A stretch of 35,222 nt of DNA from Phoronis australis (Eukaryota > Animalia > Phoronida). Below are positions 1-10,700 of this stretch, piece by piece; positions within the stretch are counted from its first letter, which is position 1, and every line of letters begins with the position of its first letter. The notes under the pieces are model-generated. The model searched no databases. It worked only from the letters and a program-made list of their open reading frames with translations, and was not told the origin of the DNA. A program made the position numbers and the translations under genes. The DNA lies in contig NMRA01000489.1 in the NCBI GenBank assembly GCA_002633005.1, positions 1-35,222 on the forward strand, written 5' to 3'.

Positions 1-619
1 CCTCGGGCCAGTGGTTGTTCCCGGTGAGGTATCGACGCCTGGTCGGGTATGGAGACTTTCTGCGGGTGGAGGGGCTGGTATGGTATTTCGGGGGTGGTAT
101 TTGATAGTTCCGATGGGTATAGGGTTAAGGGTATCGAAACTGTAAGCTTGAGGTGGTACTGTTTCCACCCACTGATAATAATCAGATAATGACGGCAGTT
201 TTTTTTATTGCAGTCAACACTTACCATGTGAAGAAACTGACGAGATGATCAAGACAAGATATGTAATTCAGTTGATGACGTTGGCTAGTGCTCTGTCAAA
301 CGCACTGAGGGACGAACAATATACTACTTGATGTGCCATTGAACATTCAGACGTTCGACAGTCGCAAATTCGCTATTCCTTGTGACTATGCTCGACGCAT
401 AGAATTACGTATGTTCTGACTAGGCACATTGTACAGCCTGATCTCAAGCGTTAACAAACTGTCACTTCTTCGAAACCCTGAAATCACCTCCAACTTGACC
501 AAGGGACAATTTGAGACCCGTCGTGTACATAGTTGCTTTGTGATGGAAAGCGGGGTTGTGGCAGCTTTAAAAACACCCGTTTGAGACTAAGCCAATCTAG
601 TACGAAGGTAAAGAGCATA

Positions 620-880
620 CATGCGCGCACCCAGGGGGAGGGAGGTTCAGGGGCGGGCTCGAGCGAGCCCACCATTTGGCGAGGTGGGTAAAAAGGTCCG
701 CTCCAGAGAAACAAGAAGTTCGAGAAAACGAGACAAAAGTCGACTAAAAAGGCGCAACCGCACAGTTCACAGAGCTGCAGGTGGTTTATCATTTTTTGAG
801 TCCTCCCGCTTTTTTGTTAGAAAAAGGTCCACTTTAAGGGATTCGAGCCCCCCCATATTAAAAGGCTGGGTGCGCGCATG
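620..880 (+). mobile_element. Non-autonomous DNA transposon (MITE) with 15-bp TIRs
   Basis: Perfect TIR CATGCGCGCACCCAG (620-634) / CTGGGTGCGCGCATG (866-880). A related copy lies at 21165-21412 in the opposite orientation. No TSD is visible. Confidence 0.85.
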
Positions 881-2311
881 AAATGTACGTATTTCGCCCT
901 ACGCTTTTCAAAGGCCCAGTGCAGACGATGCGGAGAGTTACGACCTCAGCTGACTGTCTCGAAAGAAATTTACCTCAAGTTATTGCCACCCGCACACAAG
1001 GAAGCAAAATGCTCATTGATCTGTACCCAGTTCGTAGTAGACCCAATCAAGGTAAAGGATACTACAAGGGGGGCCCAACAATTTGCCTCGGGGAATTGGG
1101 CAAAGCGCGAGTGTATGTGCACGGGCGGCCCGAAAGTTGCGGGGGGCACGCATGAGGACCTTCTGTCTAGAAAATCTAACGGCGGACTAAAAAAAAAACA
1201 AAAAAAAGAACGGGAACACGTTTCCGCCGCGATCTGGGGTCTGAGTCTTCCCCCCTCATCCGCTACCGGTCCTCGTTACCGAACTCAATACTCAATATTT
1301 CCTCACGCTTCACGTTATTGCCGTTTCACTTTGTTTGCGGCACTTGAATTCGTTACTTTACACCAATAAATCATCAAAATTTGATGTAAACCCCTTACAA
1401 GTACATCGTGTTCTTGAACAAACGTGTTGTTTTATTTCACTGTTACGAATTTATAAGTATTTGAACGTACCGTAGCCTACAGAGTTCGGTAGGCCAATTT
1501 ACCATGGTCGATCGCGGGAGTTTGGGTTTGTTTGGTGATAAATTCGAATCATTCCTCCGTGAAATACAGACGGGGGATCATAGCTGTGTGTTGTACTTTT
1601 AGACTTGCGATTTTTTTCAGTTCTAAACACACAAAACGCTAGCCTTGTNTACTCCCCGCCAGTGGCTTGGAACCCGATCAGGCCCGTCGAGGTCGCCTGG
1701 ACTGGACATCACGAAAATAAACCAGCTTAAGTTGGAAACTAAACCTCCAGTCACGAAAAGACTATAATAGTAAGCCAAAGAAATAATGTGCACGTAATTA
1801 TTTAGGTGAATTATCCACTCCCCGAACCTGTAAATCTACTTACTTGGGGGGCCGCGAAGAAGTCAGGTTCCCCTTCCACAGAACCGTCAGGGCAAAGGTT
1901 GTACAGTAACAATGATTTGAATAATGTATATGAATATCTAAATAAAGATTCCCCTAACATGTGGCCATAGCATAAAATCGAATTGTTTCACAACATCTTT
2001 CTGTCACTGAGCAAACACTGAATTAGCACTGATGCGCTCACACCGACGGCCTCGGTGCCCGGTCAGTTACCTTTATTGCATCTAAAGCCGGCAGGGTAAC
2101 GTAGTGGTTTATTCATTGCTGGCTTCTCAAAACATTTGCACTCACGAATACTCCAAAGGCATTACAAATTGTACATAATGAGACAGGCTTTGTTTCAGTT
2201 TTATCTGGGAGTAGGCTAATACTAGATACATATTGGTCCTAGGCTTTATATAAGCATTGGTTAGGGTGAGAATAATTCGTTTTGAAACAACGCAGAATAA
2301 TCAACGTCTAC

Positions 2312-2468
2312 ATGACAACTCGCCCGGAGCCAATCCCGACTTAGTCGAGAGCTCATCCGACGAAGACTTCACGAGTGGGATCGTTAGGTTTCATAGACTA
2401 TCAGTTCGAACCGGAATACACTGACCAAGAAATACTGGAGAGGCGCCGTGAACATGGATAGTTCCTAG
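2312..2468 (+). pseudogene. Putative first exon of a KolX/P2X7-C-terminal-like accessory gene (acidic leader plus YQFEPEY motif)
   Basis: Reads SSDEDFTSGIV then, after a frameshift, GFIDYQFEPEYTDQEILERRREHG, followed by a donor-like AG|GTAAGC at 2469. The YxFEP motif is recalled from Kolobok KolX-like proteins. No downstream exons were found. Confidence 0.4.
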
Positions 2469-2700
2469 GTAAGCCGGAATTCGTCAGAGAAATCACTGTC
2501 GACGAAATGCCGGCCCCAGTCACAAAGATGTTCCACGGCCTCATACTTGCTATTAACAACGTAATTTTCATTCTTTTGACTACCGCGAGCCACTTCCTAA
2601 GCATTTCGGGCTCTCGAGAAAGTCGAAAAAACGATATACCGGTACCCGCTTTCTTCGCAGCTTCATAGTAGTTCGGACAAGCAGGAACGATGCACCGCAA
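2370..2700 (-). pseudogene. THAP zinc-finger domain fragment (transposase N-terminus), frameshifted
   Basis: CIVPACPN...ISFFRLSREPEMLRKWLAVVKR, then after a frameshift ENYVVNSKYEAVEHLCDWGRHFVDSDF, and MKPN-IP near 2375-2395 resembling the LKPDAVP box. This matches the C2CH THAP pattern. Confidence 0.75.
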
Positions 2701-2803
2701 TCACTCTGCAGATGAACCACCGACGTCGCTACGTCGTTTCTCACCTTCATCACAGGTTAACGCGGCACCTCTCGGCAAGGTGAGGTCGACGCAGAAGAGG
2801 CGA

Positions 2804-3383
2804 TGTGGATATAGACCGATTAAGACGGTAAAAAAGACTAATTAAATCGGGTGGCATTCTCCTTTAATGCAGCCTGGAATATTCTAGAGATTAGTACATA
2901 TTTTTAGAATGATTGGGTAGATTCCGGAAAGTTCTGGCATGTGCACGAAATAGTGAAAAGTGTTAGAACATTGCATTAGTCTATAAATACACAAGCACGG
3001 GTTTGAATTAGTTAAGAAGAGTTAAGCACCTCAGGAGTCGGAGTAAAACAGTTAACAGTTTCAGAGTTGAGAGGATTACATTTGAGTTGGCAGAAGAGAA
3101 TCAGCAGTTACAGTGACAGTCAACAGAGAGCCAGCTACAGAGATAGCAGGTTATAGAATCAACGAGTGTAACAGGAAGTGTCTCAGAAATTCATCACAAG
3201 TCAAGGCTTCGCACATTGGCTGGAGCGTAGAACAGACATTACGTCGGACGTTTTGTTTGAGTACTATGCTTGTGAATGTTCGGTCGAGATTAATAACCGG
3301 TCTTCAGTCTATCGTCTCACCGAAAGCTATAAGCATCGGTATGTAACAACCTGCGCCCACCCACACAAAGGGGAAACGTGACA
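2804..3383 (+). mobile_element. LTR-like segment (solo or orphan LTR), about 580 bp
   Basis: Begins TGT and ends GGGAAACGTGACA. It has CTATAAATA at 2981 and is preceded by purine-rich AGAAGAGGCGA (PPT-like). No TSD and no partner LTR are present in the window. Confidence 0.45.
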
Positions 3384-3588
3384 ATTATAGGCAAACTAAA
3401 ATGATCCTAACAGCCTTTTGCCACAGTAAGTAACTTAAAAGTCAGTACTTTGGAAATTTTCAGCAACACAGGGTGAACCAAGCTCACGTTAAGTATGAAA
3501 GTAGACATGCATAATTGTTACCATGGCGACTGAGTACCATAAAAGCTATCGTCCTTAAACTAGAAATTGACTAACATGATAATANCTT

Positions 3589-4120
3589 TGAGTACTGAGC
3601 TAAGTGGATAGTGTTATTAACAACAAATGTCGAGTTGTGACGAAATCTTTGGTATGAGTTTCAACACTACCAAAGAATAATTGCATGTATTCCAACTCAC
3701 CTTCACGAGTTCATATAGGCCAAATTTTCAATTGCTCTTTAACAGCCGTGTAGTTGACTGACATCTCCACTTCAAAATCTTTTACTGCATGGGTTTGATG
3801 CTGCCTCATGATTTTCCACAAAGCCATGGATACCCCTGTGTTTTTTAAAATACTTCACCCACTCTTTGTTTCTGTGGAGACACTTCAACAAATGCTCATA
3901 TTTTCTTTGCTTGCCTGTGTGGTATGTGGGGAGAGCAGAGGGCCCCACTTTTCCAGACACTAAAAAATCTGACATTGTTTACAAAAAATATTCAGATCTT
4001 CTTCAATTTTTTTCTAAGTGGATGTAAATTGGAGCTCGACCTAAATGAAAATAAGGTTTTATTCGAAATATTTTCAAAATCCGTTTTAATATTAAATCTT
4101 TGTGTGAGTCCGTGTGAGTA
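3589..4120 (-). repeat. Second, diverged copy of MULE transposase exon B (3701-3959) with flanking intron
   Basis: Colinear with 11187-11735 over about 530 bp, with indels. The - strand exon has a tttttag acceptor and gtgagt donor and encodes SGKVGPSALPTYHTGKQRKYEHLLKCLHRNKEWVKYFKKHRGIHGFVENHEAASN. Confidence 0.85.
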
Positions 4121-4311
4121 TCTTATCCTGGGCCGATTTGAAAAATTCAAAGTTGTACTCATATTTGTTTTCGCTCCTCTTTTCAAATATTACAGTCAAA
4201 ACTACGTACGTAAAACTCATTCGGCGCGCACTAATACAAAAATATAGGACCCAAGTTATTTAGATTTTGGAACACGTGCATTGCAATATTCAAAATACGT
4301 ACGTTTATTAT

Positions 4312-7300
4312 GCCGTCGCAGGAATTTCCTGTTCCGTAGGATGACACGACCAGAACCGTCAACGCGCACTAGGTATTGGTCGAACTGACGGACTTCAATG
4401 ACGGTGCCGGTCTTGTCCCATTTGGTCGGATGGTTGCCAACCTGGTTCTGGAGGCGCACGGTGTCACCCACTCGGAGTGGAGGAAGACGTCGTGTGTGTT
4501 CCGACGAGCGTTGCGCGTCGAGCACTTTGCGAAGGGCGTCCTCTCTAGTTGCCAGGGTAGAGCGCCAAGTAGGGTGGGGAAGGTACCGGCCAGGTCGTAC
4601 AGGTATGAAGTCTCTGGTTGGGAGGCCAAACACACATTGAGCTGGCGAGAGCTTGGTCGTTTGGTCCGGTGCGTTGCGATATTGGAGTATCGCGCGTTGA
4701 AAGGCATTGGTGTCCAGGGTGCCATTAGTGCCTGTGCTGTCCGAGATGAGGCGTCGCACAGTTTTGACCCCTATCTCAGCTCGGCAGTTGCTGTGTCATG
4801 TGCCACAGAGGAGAGACGATGATGTACGCCCCACTGTTGAAGGAACTGACGAGTGGCGAAGGCAGTAAATTCCGGACCGCCGTCGGATGAGAGCTTCTCT
4901 GCAATGCCGTAGGTGGCAAAAACCTGACGGAGGCAGGAGATTAGACCGTTTGCCCCATCAGCAGCGTGTTCCACAATGGGCCAACTGGAGTATCGGTCCA
5001 CGACGACCAGGTAGTTTACGCCCTTGTGGTGGAAATAGTCCGCACAGATGCATTGAAACGGGTAGGTCGGGTCAAATCGCGGAGCGGGTGGTGCGCTAGG
5101 TTGGGACGGGGAGATGCGGTTGCAGTGTTCACAGCGGGCCTGTGTGTGCGTGATGGCGCTCGTGATACCAGGTCAAAATATTGAGGTCTCGGCACGGGCC
5201 GTCATCTTCGACACTCCCTGGTGGGCGGAGTGGAGGGCCTGTGAGACAGTTTTCCCGTAGTGGCCGTGGGATTATTACTCTGTCTTTGTACATCAGGGCG
5301 CCATTGATGGAGTAGAGATGGTGCCGGAATGGGTGGTACTCGCGCAGCCCCTCGGGCCAGTCGGGGTATAAGACCGGCTGGGCGCCATTCTCGAGCATGG
5401 CTACTAGACGTGACAAGTCCTGGTCGCTAGTCGTGGTCACGCGGACTTTGTCCCAGGTGACAGAAGGTAAATCTTCCAAGGAGGCGGAGGCGACTCACTC
5501 CAAGTGGTCGTCGAGGCTTGAGATTGGGGGTGGGGATCGTTGCCGCAGAATCTGTAGATGTGCGCAGACGGCAATGGACCCTGGGACGACGGCACCAATA
5601 TTGTCCTCGAGAGGATATTTGTCCGGGGAACGTGGTCCGGATGGGAAGCGCGACATGCAGTCAGAGGCCTTGTTCTTAGCTGCAGGTATGTGGACAAGTT
5701 GGAATTTGTAACGCAGTGTCTTTTTCTTGAGGTTGCGGACGCGGGGGTTGCTGATTTCGTCTAGGGGTTTCGGGCCAAATATGCCCAGGAGTGGTTTGTG
5801 GTCGACAGCGACAATGAGGTTGGCACATCCAAGTACGAAAAATCGTGCTCGGTCGAGGGCATCCGCAACAGCGAGGGCCTCACCTTCAACCGAGGCGTAA
5901 CGCGATTCAGCGGGGTGGGTAAATCGGCTACCTACAAGAGCCACCTTCCATCCGTCAGGACAGCAGAATAGTTTCTTTGGGGTTGTTGTTGCGCAATTGC
6001 AGTGTTTCTACAGGAGCCAAAACCCGAGGCCCTCTTTCGACCAGTCAGTGACGATGCATGTTGGCTTCGTCTTATCGAATATCTGAACGCTATGGCAAAT
6101 CTCGTCGATGATTTTGGACTTGGACGCCTGGAAAAGTGCATCTAGGGTGTCGTCCCAGTAGAAGCTTTGTCTCGGCTTCAGGAGTTCCCGGAACGGCGCC
6201 ATGGCAGTCGCCATGGAAAATGCGTAGGAGACTTGGTTCACTAAGCCGAACCATGAGCGGACATCGGTAGTCGACTGAGGGGTTGGGAACTCGCGGATTG
6301 CTCGTAAGTATTTCTGACTCGGTCGTACTGTGGTGGTGGTGATGTCGAACTCCGCAAATTCCACGCAGTAGCTGGCGAAAACGAACTTGTCTGGATTCAG
6401 AGTGATTCCGTTGTTGCCACAAGTGTCTAGGAACAGTGTCATCTGGTGGAAACAGTTTTCAATGGTGTCCGACCATAAAAGCGTGTCGTCGACGCATTTC
6501 ACTTTGTTAGAGATGTTGGCTATAATGTCGTCGAAGCGACGTGTGTACGCGTCACCGGAGGCAACATAACCCTGGGGGCAGACACGATATCGGTAGCGTC
6601 CCCATGGCGTGATGAACGTGGTGAGGTGTCGGTCGTCCTCGTGCAGTGGAATGCTGTGATACCCGTTCCACGCGTCACACACGGATTTCTTAGTGTTACA
6701 GGGGACAGATCTCGCCAGGTGGAAAGGCGATGGCGTGTGGTGGGTTTCCCTTGTCGCGTGCGCGTTTAGGCTTTGCATGTCGACGGTGCGACGAGGTTTC
6801 CCAGACTTCTTCGCGCATATGACCATACGGTGACAGTAGGTCACTGGAGTTCCGATGGGCACAGGTTCTATAACACCCAGGCTGACATCCCGATCCAAGC
6901 CGGCTTTGACTTCGTCCTGCCAATGAATGGGGACGGGGATGGGTGTGTGGTGAGGTGTCGGATCGTTGTCCAGATTGATCATGAGGCGGAGCGGGGGGCT
7001 GTCCATCATCGGGAGTGCGGTATGTTCGCATGTGTTGAAGGTGGAGGACGCATAATGGTCCAAAAGCCACTGTTGTAGGCGTTCCCGGTTGTCGACGGTA
7101 GCGGGAAACGGAAGTGTCGTAGGACGGGGAGGGGGTTTGACCCGAGGTGGGCACTTGCAAGGCGTGTCTTCGCCGTCGTTTTTAGTCGAGAGGCACTCGC
7201 CGATGGTTGGGAATTCAGCGCTAATTATACCTAACCCTAGGCAGGCCTGCCTACTCAGGAAGAATTTATCTGTAGAGTCAGAGATGTAGATGATCTGTTT

Positions 7301-7445
7301 AGTGCTGCGTTTGGGGGGCTGAAGGCTCGATAGACGGGCGATAACCGCCCCGAGGATGGTGATGTCGCCGTTGTTCGCCGTTCTCATGGTCAGGATGACG
7401 GGAAGCAGGTCCGCAGTTCGCCGGTAGGACCGCAACTTCTGACCT
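4312..7445 (-). mobile_element. pol: Truncated Ty3/Gypsy pol pseudogene (protease C-half, RT, RNase H, integrase); no gag or LTRs
   Basis: RT motifs RRTVDMQSLN, DAWNGYHS, PQGY and CVDDTL. RNase H motifs TDWSKEGLG, EGEALAV and VDHKPL. Integrase motifs HSAHQG..CEHC, ADYF, SDGGPEF, RAEIGVK and C-terminal RNRKFLR. In-frame stops at 6008 and 5495 plus several frameshifts. Domain order is Gypsy-type. Confidence 0.95.
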
Positions 7446-7759
7446 TCGGCCTGGTTAAAAAATGGAAATTTTGATTTCACGATTTTGGGAACTGAAATAG
7501 GGACTGCTCGAAGAAAAAGTTTCATAACGTGAGTATTTGTTCGAGTTGGAAGGACTTAAACACGTCGACAACCTCTTAAGGTGTTCCTCTATGCGCAAAA
7601 GGTATTTATAATAACGTGACTTTGATGGTTTAGTCGGTGCGAGGCATAATTCGCCGAAAAGCTTCCAGCGTACAGAGCGCCTATAGCCTCTGCATCGCCT
7701 CTGGTTCGGGCCAACAGAGGCGATGGTCATTGCCTATAGTCAATAACAAAGTTTCAGAT

Positions 7760-10700
7760 CTCCCAAGCTTAGTAGTTTTAACTTCTAAGAATTAAAATTC
7801 TGACATTGTGAGGAAGAAGCAGCAAGTGGTTGAATTTTCAGTTTATAACTTTGAACATAATGGGGTTTTATGCAATGCCTAAGATTTGCGGTGAAATCTA
7901 TATATTATATACGGAGAACAGCAGTGTGTTGTGACCAAGCTGCTGAACGGAAAATGTTGAATGCTATAGGCATTAAATTGAGGCTCTTACAAGACATTTA
8001 CCAGTTCAGTAATGTCATTACTACTGTGTAAAGTAAGTACCTGAAAACACATTTACACAGTTTTAATTGCTGGAGTTTCTATTTCAGATGCATCAACCAC
8101 AAAACATCTTGGATTCGATTCTTCATTGTGCTGTCTCAGGACCGATAGAGCATTCTGCAAGGATGCCGTGTTTTCATTTTCGAGTACCAGCCATCACTTC
8201 ATATCCAGCATTTGTCGTGACACATACTAAAAACAGAGGATGGGCATACAAAGTAGTCTGGTGTCTATAATAGAATTATTGAAATGTAGTAGGGTGTATA
8301 ATTCGTAAGTCTTGTTCATTGATGACATTTACCATATGGTGTGCTTAAAGGTTATGTAGTTATTTATTGACAAGTCTGCACATTAAGTCAAATATTTACA
8401 ATACTGTAGAATTTTACTTCGTGTTGTATAACATAATGTTCAAGGTAAATCTCAAAAATGCTGTTACAGTTTGCTTAATTACCGTCTCATTTTTGTTTTA
8501 TGCAATGTAAAAAATTCATGAAATTTATGCAATNAAAAACAGAGGATGGGCATACAAAGTAGTCTGGTGTCTATAATAGAATTATTGAAATGTAGTAGGG
8601 TGTATAATTCTTAAGTCTTGTTTATTGATGACGTTTGCCATTTGGTGTGCTTAAAGGTTATGTAGTACTTTATCGACAAGTCTGTACATTAAGTCAACTA
8701 TTTACAAAACTGTAGAATTTTACTTTGTGTTGTTATAACATAATGTTCAAGATAAATCTCAAAAATGCTGTTACAATTTGCTAAATTACCGTCTCATTTT
8801 TGTTTTATGCACTGTAAAAAAATTCATGAAATTTATCCCATTCCTACTTTCTGGTAGGCCCTCACGCAAATGTGGAACATTTTAAAAAAACATTTCTAAT
8901 GGCATGTTGGGGATTAGTTTATAAAGTGTATTCTGTGAAAGTTTCACGTGAACCCAATCAGCATCTTGTAAGATGTCCCAAAGATGGACAAAATTGGACA
9001 TTTTGATAGGGTTCTACGTAACCAAAATGCTTTATGATTGTTAGGTATTAAGCATTATTAACATTACCTCTGACAATTATGTCTTGCAGTGCTTGATTTA
9101 GTGAACTACAGATTGTGTTTGATCACCTGGGAAAAATCCAAAGTCGCCATGAAGTCACCACTGCAAGTATCAAAGTCAGACAATTATTCCCTCGAAATTT
9201 GTTTCAAAGTTTCTGTTGACACCCAAATTTTTAGTTACAAACGGTTGTCTTAGATTTGATACCTTTGTTTACAATTGTTTTGTTTATTTCATGAAATCGG
9301 TGCATTTGCCACCACAGCAGTTAGCACTTGTCTAACTTGCATTAAAATTACATCAGGAAGTACACAGGTTGAACTAGCGCCTACAGTGTATATGATCACC
9401 TACATTCTGGGTATGCGACGTAAGTTCCCAAGAACGTAGTATAGCATAACCTTTTTAGCCAACTATTCTGATGTCAAACATCAGTTTTGGACGACGTCAG
9501 ATTTCCTTTGGCGACCTGGGATTTTCAGCAAGTAGCCAAATGCGACTTGGCTTCAAGCTAAGTGTTGAGCATCGTCCTACAATGCCAGCAATATCCCAAG
9601 ATTGTTTAAGTGTGATCATTTTTGCAAACCTAAAAAATTCATGGTTCTTTAATGAGAATATTTTGAAAGTGATTAGCAGCAGGAGACGCTCCTGCAATTG
9701 ATATTTTTATTACCTTGTCCATGACATGAGCTGAATGTTACTCTGATATTGGCAGATCACCAAATATGTATTTTTCAACACATAGTTGCTCCTAGTTAGG
9801 AAACATCAAGTCGTTGTGAAGTGCCTCTGATATCTTTTCTCTGTGATATAATATGCATTGTGGTCGAAACGGTAGTTGGATAAAAGATGACTATGGAAAA
9901 TGTAGCTAGTGAATCTGTTTTACCATTAGCATAGCTAGGTGTGATATCATGTTAAAATCAGAAACTTCAGACTAAAGAAAACCACATTTGTACTGGCTGA
10001 AGTAATCGCTTAAAAGCACACAATGCATATTCTTAAAAAACATTCATTTTGGTTTGTGTTTTTAGAGTATGTCTCAGTACTGAGTGCTATGAACTTTCAC
10101 AATTTTGACACGTGTTTAAACTGCCCTGTGGCTGAATGAAATTCAGTGTTTGGTCATTGAGGCTAACTTCCTTTAATGTAGTACTTAGAAATGTGTTTTG
10201 ATTTGACTTGACATTACCTAATTAACACTACATAGGACTTTAATTATACTTGGTTGCTATGCTCATCTTGTACCCTGGAAAAGCAACAACTTCTTGCATG
10301 CATATTGATTTTTCACATCTTTGATTTTTTTTCATCCAGTGACTTGCTTGATCTGTACATTTTGTCCGTATGCGTGTTCAGTCTGTAATACCTGTAGAAT
10401 GAGCTCTAGATTTAGTGATGAGGAAATAAGTAAGAATATCAAACTAATCATGATGCTGTTTTACATTTGAATCTTGCTTTAACAACATGATTGTACTTCA
10501 TCATCATCACCTACTTCGCTTAAAATGTATTGCAAAGTGTCACAAAGACTTATATGATCTTGATTTGTTGTGTATACTGAACCTTACTTAGATGTCTTAG
10601 GATTCAATACCTTTTTTGCTTTTTCCTGTTTGAGACTTGATGATACTCCATTACTTTTGAACCCACTAAGCTTATCTTAGAACTGTTTTCCGTTGCCCAT

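Noticed and set aside
484-1369. ORFs 484-792, 621-881, 878-1369 and 883-1155 as genes
   Set aside because: They run through or start within MITE-like repeats and show no recognisable domain.
2804-3383. LTR belonging to the 4312-7445 Gypsy pol
   Set aside because: It is in the opposite orientation and separated by an N join and unrelated sequence.
4369-7289. Many overlapping and antisense ORFs within the first Gypsy fragment
   Set aside because: They are shadow frames of GC-rich pol coding sequence.
7841-8270. + strand exons resembling KolX/P2X7 (AVCCDQ, TKHLGFDS) and ORF 8067-8270
   Set aside because: The - strand of the same bases gives a much better MULE catalytic core, so the + strand resemblance is probably chance.
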